Source of the DNA: Octopus vulgaris
Taxonomy: Eukaryota
Reading direction: 5' to 3'
NCBI GenBank assembly: GCA_951406725.2
Contig: OX597814.1
Location: 147,436,001 to 147,500,000 of the forward strand
DNA length: 64,000 nucleotides
Part shown: one piece after another, positions 14,412-25,830 of the stretch
Position numbering within the stretch: position 1 is the first letter of the stretch
Layout: each line of letters starts with the position of its first letter
Notes under the pieces: model-generated
What the model was told of the DNA's origin: nothing
Databases searched by the model: none
Seen by the model: the letters and a program-made list of their open reading frames with translations, nothing else
Program-made: the position numbers and the translations under genes

Positions 14412-15689
14412 CATGTGTGTTAGGTGTTTTTGTATGCTGATGTATATCATCATCATTATCATCCTAAGTATAATCATCATGTTTTATCTTCCTTATTCCA
14501 GGCCGATGTGGATTAGATTGTTCGATATTATTCGACTAGCCTGAGGGTTGTGTGACCTTCCCGCTTTTTTTAGCAGCGGGATGCTCGTCCTAATGGCAAC
14601 CATTTAGCAAATTGTACAGTGTGATGTTTTTCGTACCACCAATACTTATGTGGTCATGAAGACCACTTCATAGATTGATGTGCAGTAATGTGGGACGGGG
14701 AATTGAGCCCGTCTAGAGAAGCTAGATTTGGCGAAATGGACTGGAGTAGATGTCTTGCTGGAAAAGCGGTACATGGATAACCAATCAGGAAATGGAATAA
14801 GGATGTTAAAAAAGTATAGTTGGGGTATCTAGTTGTACTTCAAAGTTAAAAGGAAACTACATGGATAGAATAAGGATAGGTAACCGTGGCTGGTTTAATG
14901 GATAATTAGGGAGGAAACACAGAGGAGGATGTAGTGAATTCCATTTGTAAATGGGATTGTATTTAGGAGCAATGGGCGTTAAGAGGACATGAAATGATTA
15001 GGGATAATGTTGGGAGCGCAGGAATGGCGGTCAAGGGAGTTACGGATTGCACAAAAAGCTGGGAATGAATATGTACAGTTCAGCTCTCATATCCTTACAG
15101 CAGATTAGATATAATATCGTAGAAAGAAGGGTGAGTGATTGTGGCTTTGTATAAAGATGTGTTTCTGAGAAGTTTTCAAAGGTACACATTCGATGCCAGT
15201 AGTGGGTTAAGCATAGACGTTGAGGATATGCTTTTAGGACCTCAATTTGGCTGAGATGAAGGCGTTTTCTCGAGCACGGTATCTCACCATTCATTTTAGT
15301 TCTTTGTCATCTCCTATCGAGGTCAGTCTTCATCACTTCATCTCACTTCTTCCTCAATTTTTCTCTTTTGAGAGCACCATCCATAAGAGGAAGTTGAATA
15401 TTTGTCATTACATTTTGCTTCCGAAATCTATAATTTCAATATAATCTGAATTTTGTGACGAACCTCTTCTCCCCGAATTCAGCTCACACCTTCAATATTT
15501 GTCTACTATTCTCATTGACGTTGGTCACACATATGTCAGATTTGTGTGAAAGTAGATGGCGATTGGCAAGGGCAAAGATCGCACTCGAAATTTAATAAAA
15601 AACAGAAGCCTATTGAACATTATTATATTTCTTTAATATTTCAGATATGCCGCCTACGCTTATAAGTCACACAGAACAAGACATTCTCA

Positions 15690-18270
15690 GATACAGACAA
15701 CAAAGCCGAGCTTGCCTCTGCAGAAAAGAATATTATAACAAGAAAATCTGAAAATTTGCTGTAAATTAGAGGCTGGGAAAAGTGACGAGAATAACAAAGA
15801 AACAAAAGCAAGATTCAATGTTGAAAGAATAAGAATAACTATAAAAAAAGAAAGATAAAATGAGTTACAAAGAGAAGCAAAAACAAAACAAAAACATATT
15901 AAAAACCCCGGAAAAACTGCAAAATGAAAACACAAGAAAAATAGGTTAATTATTAGATATAGATGTAAGGTTCATCTAATCGAAACAAATATCATCAAAA
16001 ACGACAAAAAAGAAAAGATTATTTAAAGCAGAACAAATGAAGTTGTTCAAAGTAATAGTCGAGAACAATACATGTTTTGAAAAAAATTGACTACATCATA
16101 GATTATGGACAGATGAATATTGAACGCCAATCTCATAGTGGCAAACATTTTCTTTTTTATCAAAGCATCCCTCTGAGAGTAAATTCAATAACTGCTGTCA
16201 CGAAAGGAATGTAAAATAGTTTCACCGTAAAGAAACAACGCCATACATTCGTAATTTAATGAGCTAACGCAAGAATCCTAATTACAAAACATTGGTTGTA
16301 ACATCTAATTATATTAGCTTTTACAAGTGAACATTTTCCTTTGCTTCACTGAGAGATTGCATATCAGATAGGCCACGCTGTGTGCCGCATTGTATTTTTT
16401 GCTTGTGACTAGGTTTACCAAAGTGCTAGAAATATATATTTGGCGTGAATCGCTAAAATTTGTATAACTTAGGTAACTTATTTGAAAGTAGCCCCAAATA
16501 TTAGATTAAAGAATCTGTCTTATAATAACAAATGCATCGCTCACATTATTACTGTTTGAGATCAATTCGACAGAAGAAACAATGTTTGTGCTTGGCGCCT
16601 GAAACATGCTTGATGTACTTCAAAGTGGAGAAACTCAGTATGATGCTGAACGTAATATACCAATGTCATTAGCCGTTACGGCTGTCAAGGAAACCGAAAT
16701 ATTGGCCTACGATATAAGAATATCCTAAGTTTGAATGTAATGGCAATGATATTTTAAGAATACTGAAAGTGAATCATGTTTTCGATGTGACGTTTTGTGT
16801 ACCCATGAGCCAAAAAATTGTCCATTGTTTGAAATATTGAACCTTATCAAAATACAATGGCTTACATGTTCTATTACAATAGACATTCAGAATGAGAGCC
16901 ACGAAACTGATTTACACCAATAGAAGTACCTATGTTAGTAAGTTGCAATACAAAATTGCCACAATAGTTGTAAAATAATCTAAAACACTTCCGATTCTTA
17001 GGAAACTTCTTCAAAAACATGTTGTGCACTCTGTTTTTATTCTAGAAGAAAATAACTTGAGTATATGACATAACATGGAAGCTGTGTATTTAAACAAGTA
17101 ACAACGACTTTCTTGTTTTATAGCCATGATAACATATAGCAGTTATTTTAGCATCAATATTTCAAGGATATAACAGGCGGCGAGGTGGCAGAATCGTTAG
17201 CACGACAGGCGAAATGCTTAGCGGCATTTCGTCCGTCCTTACTTTCTGAATTCAAATTCCGCCGAGATCTACTTTGCTTTTCATTGTTTTGGAGTCGATA
17301 AAATAAGAACAAGTGAAGGATTTGCAGTCGATGTAATCGACTTGTCCTTTCCCCTCAAAATTTCAGGCTTTCTGCCTATAGTAGAAAGGATTGTTTCAAG
17401 GGTATAAGTTAGCAGCTTTTCTTTCCCATAGCCAACTTTCTAATTTAAATTCTGCTTATAATTCTTCGGGGTAGATAAATCGATTTTCTCACTTCCTAAA
17501 TATTGTTGGCATTGTGCCAAAATTTGAAACCATTATTTCAAGGATATACGCAGAATGTGAAACAGAGTTACCATAGAGCCATGGTGATAGAACATGTGGA
17601 AAACCCGATATATTTATCACAATGACGTGCAGTACTTCAGGGGATGGAATTAAAGATAATCTCTTTTCTGGACAACTTTCACAAATAGACCAAATCGTAG
17701 CAAGAGTATTTAAGATAAAACTGGCATGTTTATTGAACAATCCGGAAAACTACTATTTTTGGAAATACGAAGGCTAGTTGCTTTTCGATTGAATTCCAGA
17801 AAGGGGGATTACCAGATGCTTATAATCTGACGTTAAAAGACGAAAACGATAAAATTAATGATCCACGCAAATAGAAGTAGTGTACACGGAGAAAACTGAT
17901 CTTTATACTGATCCAATGCTTCACGAAACCGATAAGAAGTGAATGATTCATAGTATCAAGAGCATCTAAATCCTAATGCATAGACATGTGAAATAATAAA
18001 TGTGAAGATTTTCCTACAAAATCCAAGGAACATACTCCAGTAAATGTTGTCGGTGGTCTAATGTACAAAAGACCAGTAAATATTATAGAACAAATTGGAA
18101 ATAAAAATATTAACCACAGATACATTTTTAACATCAAAAATTTGGTGTGAGGAAAATAAAGGAGTTTGAACTTCAGGGGAATCCATCACATACGTCAGCA
18201 ACATATCGACATGTATAATATTACGTGAGTAAACAGAGTCAGGCTGACTTGATGTGAGAGGATACAAATT
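15690..18270 (+). pseudogene. Heavily decayed autonomous Helitron RepHel gene (Zn-finger region and Rep/HUH domain), interrupted by SINEs
   Basis: Motifs occur in the expected order: GQMNIE...HF...FNNCCHE (~16105-16205); GKPDIFITMTC...IKDNLFSGQ...IVARVFKIKL (~17598-17723, Rep motif 1); IEFQKGGLPDAY (17788-17823, cf. EFQKRGLPHAH motif 2); MIH (~17943); SITYV (~18182, motif 3-like). Confidence 0.75.
17175..17393 (+). mobile_element. Nin/Deu-domain tRNA SINE, full length, with TSD
   Basis: A-box-like TGGCAGAATCG and B-box-like AATTCAAATTCC, then GTCGATAAAATAAG. Flanked by TTTCAAGGATATAA / TTTCAAGGGTATAA. Confidence 0.85.
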
Positions 18271-18487
18271 TTATACGCAAAATATTATCGCAAAATTAGT
18301 ACGTATGACTTTAAAATGATGGTCTTATGAAGTGTTTACGAATTTAAATATAGTTTTTAAAAATAATGTTCCACAAGAAAATTTATTCTAACAACGAATA
18401 AAACCTGTTATTTTAACTGTTATGCCTGTGTGCGCGTGTGTGTATGCATATGTATATATATATATATATGTGTGTGTGTATATATGT

Positions 18488-18530
<43 letters not shown>

Positions 18531-18658
18531 TACCTATACATTGTGCATATATATATTGTATATATTTATTATATATGTTATAGATATATATATGTATGTA
18601 TATGTATATATATATTGTTATATTCATATATATGTATATTATATATATATATATTGTG

Positions 18659-18739
<81 letters not shown>

Positions 18740-18742
18740 TTA

Positions 18743-18922
18743 TTGAAAGTTAATATTTATTTATTATTAACAATTTGGTAATCTTTACTTCTTACAGACG
18801 TTTCCATTAGTACTCAATAATTAGATTGCAAATTTGTAATTTAATTATTGAGTACTAATGTAAACGAATGTAAGAAGAAAAGATTACCAATTTGTTAATT
18901 ATAAATAATTATTAACTTTCAA
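18743..18922. repeat. ~180-bp near-perfect palindrome (fold-back), probably a Penelope-like pseudo-LTR relic
   Basis: TTGAAAGTTAATA...CATTAGTACTCAATAATTAGATTGCAA is mirrored by TTGTAATTTAATTATTGAGTACTAATG...TATTAACTTTCAA. Confidence 0.8.
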
Positions 18923-19258
18923 CTCTCCATTTCCTTTTCTTCATTTAACTGGATATGAACTATATGCTCAATACACACTTATAGTAATTTCATGGACGGT
19001 GACAACAATATCAACAACACGAATAACAATGACAGTAGTATCAGTGGTGACAACAATGGCAACAACAACAACGGCGAACACACAAAAACGGAGTGTTACA
19101 GGAACTGCACCAAGTGTTTGAGTCTTCGCACCATGGAATGTGAGGATGGGGTTGAAGAGAAGGCCATACTGCTACTAAGATCAATGACATACACAAGCAT
19201 ACACACACACACACATGTATACACACATACACACACACAGACAGACACGGACGCAAAG

Positions 19259-19733
19259 AGATCCACTGGTTCGTTCACTTGTCTGTGTTCTAATGGGGTG
19301 GCAAAGACACTTTTGAACTGGTCATTCAGTACCACACTGATCCTGGTAGGACTAGCTGTAAGGGAGCCATCCTGAGGCTGTTTCTTTGGCATAATGAAAG
19401 AAGGCCTTTGAGTTCCACTTAATGCTTTCTATAACCCAGGCTTCTTTGTCTGCTCTCTCCTTCACATGGGATTGTTGCAGGCTTTTTTCAATCTCCATCA
19501 GTGTTGTTTTTAGGCGGAAGCTTTCAATACTCTTGGAATGTTGGTTGAAGTGATTTGCAATCTTTGTCCGTCGTCTCATGGGGATATTCCTTTCTCTTGG
19601 AATCTTGTTCCCTTGTGTGTTGGCCTTGTTCTCTGGGACATATTCCTGGTATAGGGTTTGCATAATAGACATGAAATATTCTAATTTCATGAGGAGAGAC
19701 ATTTCGGCCAGTCCAGTCTGAGGATCTCATTTT
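19259..19733 (-). pseudogene. CR1/L2-group LINE ORF2 fragment (between endonuclease and RT)
   Basis: ORF-track peptides ...ESIKWNSKAFFHYAK... and ...VLNDQFKSVFATP... match the KxNxKxFxxY and LNxxFxSVF linker motifs of CR1-group ORF2. Confidence 0.7.
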
Positions 19734-19789
<56 letters not shown>

Positions 19790-20139
19790 TGTTGTCTCTG
19801 TTTTTGTGCCTTATAATTTAAACACACTCACCGGTAAAATTTCCACTTATTTATCTTTATTTTATTTTTTCTAAAAAAAAATTAATATAAAAATTAATAT
19901 ATAACTAAAGGCGGTGCTCCAGCATGGCCTCAGTCAAATGACTGAAACAAGTAAAAGAAAAAGAAAGAAAAGAAATAAAATAAAAATTGAAAAAAATTAG
20001 GACGTGGAAATTTTACCGGTGAGTGTGTTAAATTATAAGGCACCAAAAGAGAATGACTTTCCCCAGAATCACATAACAAATCTTGCAAACCACATTCAAA
20101 AACGATATATATATATATATTGGAAAATGTGTGTGTATG

Positions 20140-20191
<52 letters not shown>

Positions 20192-21574
20192 TAAACTATG
20201 GTTGCAGAACAAACAAATATAAGATCATCAACGTAACATTTCATATCTCGAACATTTAATCACATAATGCTTTTTCTTTCATATAGATTATACATGCATA
20301 AAATCACGGAAGATGAAGCACAACCCATCAATACAAGCATATAAGAAAAATATAAGAAAAATGTGTGAATACATTTCATCGCAGTTAAAAGTTAACGATT
20401 AATAATTTAGCGACTAAAAAATATATATTTTTTTTAACATTACAACATCTAGAATAATAAATACATAAAAATATAAAGACATATATAAATATATAGATAT
20501 ATAAAAAATACAAAAATACATATATATAGGAAGCATATCAATAAATAATATATAATATATAAGGTAAGATAAAAGTTCATCGTTTAGTAATTTTTTCGAT
20601 TAAAAATTACTTTTCAAGGTAAGGGAATTGTAAAAAGCCAGTGTCCAAGCAAAAAAGAAGAAACCATATTTACATTCCTTATGGCCATTTCAGGGGTTCA
20701 TCATCGTATTTAATGCACAAGGGTGCAGGTGCATCACGATAATTACTCGTGATTAAAACTTTAAAATTATTTGTAGCCTCATCATATCCGATATAACAGT
20801 AGTATATCAGAATCATTTGTGAATCTGATAAAAAAAGCAAAAACTACTTGTGGCATTTAGATACGGCGCCTACGTTCTGAGCTTAAATCTCACCGAGAAA
20901 GACTGACCACCAATGAAATAAATACTACTTTGCTTTGGGGATCGATTAATCAATTGTTTGCTTTTCCGAAATAACTTATTGACGGAAACTTCTGATCAGA
21001 AAAATGTCAGCAGCAGATTGGCTGTGTTTATATGCTCTAGTAGGTGTGATAAATAAATACAACTAAAAATAAAATTGACCCAATGGAAAATAAGGCGAAC
21101 AGGTGATTTATTTTGATGTGTGACACAGTAACATTAGTATCAAAATATAAGAATTAGAGAAACACACAGCATACAAAATAATGACTACAATATTTTCCAG
21201 CTATATTATTGCTTGTCCGTGGTCGTAATCAGTTTCCGAGACTCTAATAAAATGCTTTCTTATTGGCTAAATCATAACAAACATTAGATTGTTAATTTCG
21301 TACAATTTCTAAATTATCAAGAGGGATATGAATGCACGCGTGGAGAAAGATGAGCCTGTATGACATTCTGAAAATCAGAAACTCAAGATCAAAACGAATC
21401 CAAGACTTGGATTTACCATTTCTAATACGTCATATTTAATTATGTCATTATATAAGGATTTATTGCACAGTAGCATCTTTCGTATCAGGATTCCAACACG
21501 GGGTACCGCATTCCTTCTTTAAGCAGCTCCTGTAGATATTATGTATTTCAATATAACAGTTCTCGCTAAAATAT

Positions 21575-21885
21575 TGGTTTCAAATTTTGGCACAATGCTT
21601 GCAGTTTTAGAGAAGGCATTAAGTCGATTAAATCGACACCATTGCTGAACTGGTATTTAACTTATTGACACCCAAAGGTGCAAAGGCTATCCCAATAGCA
21701 TTTGAACACAGAACGTAGCGACGGAATGTCACTAAGCATTTTACCCGGTGTGCTAGCGATTCTGCCAGCTCACCGCTCTAAGTCATGCTGAAAATATGGT
21801 TTCAAATTTTGGCACAAGGCCAGAAATTTTGAGTGAAGGGTTCAGTTGATTACATCGACCCCAGTACTCAACTGACGTTTATTTT
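21575..21885 (-). mobile_element. Two tandem Nin/Deu-domain SINE copies (one near full length, one 3' fragment)
   Basis: Both begin with GGTTTCAAATTTTGGCACAA (~21576 and ~21798). The first continues to the reverse-complemented tRNA head, GATTCTGCCAGCTCACCGC. Confidence 0.75.
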
Positions 21886-22042
21886 ATTGCAATGTTTCAA
21901 CATTATTACGTGTCTCTCCAATGCCCCTTATGAAAATGCTATCTGCTTGACAGACACCAGCATGTATCAGGAAATAATGTTTGCTGATTTCTATATACAA
22001 GATTTTGCACTCTTTGTAGATTCTCCGAAACCGTGAGTAGAT

Positions 22043-22087
22043 TTGACTGAGGAGACACAACGAGGACGAAACACTACGGTGTTTCCA
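22043..22087 (+). ncRNA. Degenerate type I hammerhead ribozyme-like motif
   Basis: CTGAGGA core, GAC..GAC helix II with a mismatch, GAA, helix III ACAC-TACG-GTGT (cUACGg loop), then T. Helix I pairs only 3 of 4. Confidence 0.4.
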
Positions 22088-23329
22088 CAGCCCGCTTGTA
22101 ACGGTAGGAGCTGTCTTAGGAACCCATATCATATAAAGGGAGATGCCCCTCGATGGTGTGAAACAACAACGATCAGGTGATCACTTTAGAATTAACCAGA
22201 CGGCCTTGAACAAGGATCGATACGATATTGCTGATATCCTTTTTCACATATGAGGCAGCAAGCAAGCGGGTATCTTAATACGCAAGAGAGAATGCTAAGC
22301 AGTAATTCTTCATATTTTAAGTTCTGAGTTCAAATTCCGCCAAGGCCTATTTTACCATTCAACGTTTCGGCGCCGATGAAATAAGTACCAGTGGAGCACT
22401 GAGGTTGTTGTAATTGAAGGCACTTCACCCCAACACAATTGCCGGCATTGTTCCTATCATAGGAACAAAGCATTGCCACTTATAAAAATGAAGCACACGC
22501 CAACTTATGAACAATAATGTAATGATATATCAACGCACCTAATGAGAACAGACATCACGAACAAAAAGAAAATAAAATAATATTAAAAAAGAAATAATGT
22601 TATGTTTCAAAGCGAACAAATATATAATATAATTTAGACACTCCCCGATATGAGATGTATTTATGTAAATATGTAGTTTGATTACTTTCTCAAGTGTCTT
22701 TTTGCATTAGTTCTAATTACACATCATTTTATGTATTTATTTCTGTCTTTATGCATGTATACATACATACATTTACATATATACATACATACACACACGC
22801 ACACACTCATATACGCCAACACACACACACACAGACACACCGTATATGTATATATATACATACACATATATACATCTATATAAATTTATTTTGGTAAAGC
22901 TTACAATAGTAATAACTATGTGTGTGCGAGTGTAGGCATGTGTGTACCATTGTATGTGCCTGTATCTTCCCTGCTTAGCTAAGTTAACCCCACTAATTTG
23001 CACTTTGTTGATTTCATCTCTCTAATACTTGTACAGTTTGTGCTCATATCTTAATGCCTGCTGTAAATTACTGAGAGAGATAGAGAGTGATCGTGAAATA
23101 AATTCCGTAAATATATGTATAGGGCCCGTTAAATAAATGTGAGAACATAAATTATATATATACATAGTAGAGTCCACAGTGATCAGTAGGTATGAGAGGT
23201 GCAGCCGGAGCGTAAATGTCTAAAAGAGAATCCGTAAAGGGTAGATAGAAAGTCCAGTGGAGAAGTTCGTGTGTGATAAGAAATGACAGGATCAACTGGT
23301 GCGACCACGTGAGCGTGTGATATATGGGG

Positions 23330-23535
23330 AGAGTTTACAAAAAAAAAACAAAAGACGAAGACAGGTGGTGTACAAAACAAACAGATGTATTAGTATAACG
23401 CTCAGGAATAGAAAAAGTATTTTACGTTTTGAGCCTACGCTCTTCTACAGAAAGGGACACAGAAAAAAACAAGGAGAGAAAGATATGTGTGTAGTGGCTA
23501 CCGATCTATGATAGATCGGTAACCACTACACACAT
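23330..23535 (-). mobile_element. Penelope-like pseudo-LTR relic with degenerate hammerhead-like motif and terminal hairpin
   Basis: The minus strand reads CTGTAGA-A-GAGC-GTAG-GCTC-AAA-ACGT-A (23423-23450). An adjacent hairpin has 25-bp arms (23485-23535). Confidence 0.45.
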
Positions 23536-24033
23536 TTCCTCATGCAGATAACGGTTCCTTATGCAGATAACATGGACGCCGCTCGGGCTCGAAACATTGA
23601 CCGTTATGTAAACCACCTCGAGTAATGTGAAGACGCAGGCTGGAAAGCGGAGCATTTTTCATCGAAATCTGATGTAGAGGGTTTGTTTGACACAGTGTGA
23701 AACGACTGTTGTTGCCATTAGGTCTAACTCATCGTAAAGTAAATACACCCATGACCGATATCCAAACTACAGTGGAGAAGGCAAGACACTGGATTTGGTT
23801 TAAAAGAGACGATGACCGATGGCTAGAAGAATGGTGAGCGTTATTTGATAACCTTTTCATCTAGCAAGCGGGACCTCATATCACTGAGTGGGGCCGGTGC
23901 GCATTAATGTCGTCGAGAGGTAGGCCCCGAAACAGCACGCACTCATTCCTGATGATCCCATAAACTTGATAGCTTCCGGTATGTGGAGTTCTCGACTGGT
24001 AGCACTTGTATATGCAAGTTGTTTGTAAAAAAA

Positions 24034-24103
<70 letters not shown>

Positions 24104-24214
24104 CATATGCATGTATATATATATAACGATTTACAATAGTTTATATGTCCATATAAATCGATGTGACCCTGAGTGGAAAATTACATGCTGTCTCCATGTC
24201 ATATCTTGATGTTT

Positions 24215-24576
24215 ACAATACCAGTGATTGTAGGAGCACTTGGTATGATTAAAAAAGGAGCTGAAAATTATTTAAGAATGCTGCCCATCTATGCAGGAAG
24301 TTCAAAAGATTGTCTTAACTGGTACGTCTCATTGTTGCTGTGAATCTTCGTTCCTTTTTACCCGCTATATTATATTTGTCTACTTTTTATTTTTTATTTT
24401 GTCCTTATTCTCTCTGTCTTCCACTTTTCTTCTATCATATGACTTTGTAAATAAACACTCTGAATCTGGTGTGTCTATTTTAATGGCCTACCAATGTATA
24501 TATGTTTCTCTGCCCTAGGTGTCAGGAAGATAATTGGCAAGAAATGGAAACAGAATTGAAAGATGCTAATGAAAAT

Positions 24577-24577
<1 letters not shown>
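24215..24577 (+). mobile_element. 5'-truncated R4/Dong copy (RLE C-terminus plus 3' UTR), ending in (AAT)n
   Basis: TIPVIVGALGMIKKGAENYLRML...QEVQKIVLTGTSH is near-identical to the 45799-46611 C-terminus. Its 3' UTR TAATGGCCTACCAATGTATA...GCCCTAGG.GTCAGGAAGA...TTGGCAAGAAATGGAA is shared with 45655-45730. Confidence 0.9.
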
Positions 24578-24622
<45 letters not shown>

Positions 24623-24669
24623 GTAATAATAATAATAATATATATCCAAAATTTTATACGAATGACTAA

Positions 24670-24730
<61 letters not shown>

Positions 24731-25016
24731 GTCATACATGCATTGGTATGTCTCATTCATTGCACTTGGTTTGATTATATTCAGCACATTCGGTTTATTG
24801 CAAGCAATCGTGTCCTATCTGGAATAAAGTTATATGAGCTACGCTCAGACGACTAAGTGTGTCACGAGGCCAAAATTAGCTGCCGTGAGTAGAAAATCTA
24901 AAATGTTTTTAATATGCATGCCAACACCAATTAATACATACATTCAAATATATGACCGTATGCATAGATATATGTATATGCATAAATATAAACACATAGA
25001 TAGACATATATGTATA

Positions 25017-25126
<110 letters not shown>

Positions 25127-25139
25127 TGGATGTGTGTAT

Positions 25140-25310
25140 CCTTTCTACTAAAAGCACAAGGCCTGGAAATTTGGGGGACGGAGCTAGTCGATTAGATCAA
25201 CTCCAATACATAACTGGTACATGATTTATCGACCCCGAAAGGATGAAAGGTAAAGTCGAACTCGGTGGAATTTGAATTCAGAACGTAAATACAGACGAAA
25301 TACCGTTAGT
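25140..25310 (-). mobile_element. Nin/Deu-domain SINE copy
   Basis: Contains TTTATCGACCCCGAAAGGATGAAAGG...GGAATTTGAA, the reverse complement of the family core. Confidence 0.8.
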
Positions 25311-25794
25311 GCGTTTGTACATGTGTGCGCAGGTGTGGTGTCTGTCTGTACGTATGTGTATGTGTGTGTGTGTGTGAACTTATGTATGTAAATATATACA
25401 CATACATATTTATACTCGAGTGGATGTTTTTAGCAAGATAGTAAATTGAATGGTTCATTAATTATTTTATCGATATTATAATGACAGAAAATTTGATAAA
25501 TAACGTTATATGAACTTGTCAACATTATCGATATAAATAATTTATTCGAAAGTACATATATATACATATATACACACATATAAGAATACTTGCATACATA
25601 TGAATGTACTTCTTTCTGTACATATGCATACATTTATATATATATATATGCACACACACACATATATGTATATATGTATATATATATATACATATACATA
25701 TGCATATGCATGTATAGATCTATGTATGTGTATATGCATATAAGTCTATGTGTGTTTGTGTGTGGTTTTACATTTATATATATATATATATATA

Positions 25795-25830
<36 letters not shown>

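Noticed and set aside
23884-23960. CTGAGT-GGGGCC...GGCCCC-GAAAC followed by CTGATGA, resembling a hammerhead
   Set aside because: The first core box is not CTGANGA, and no helix III or helix I partner can be formed.
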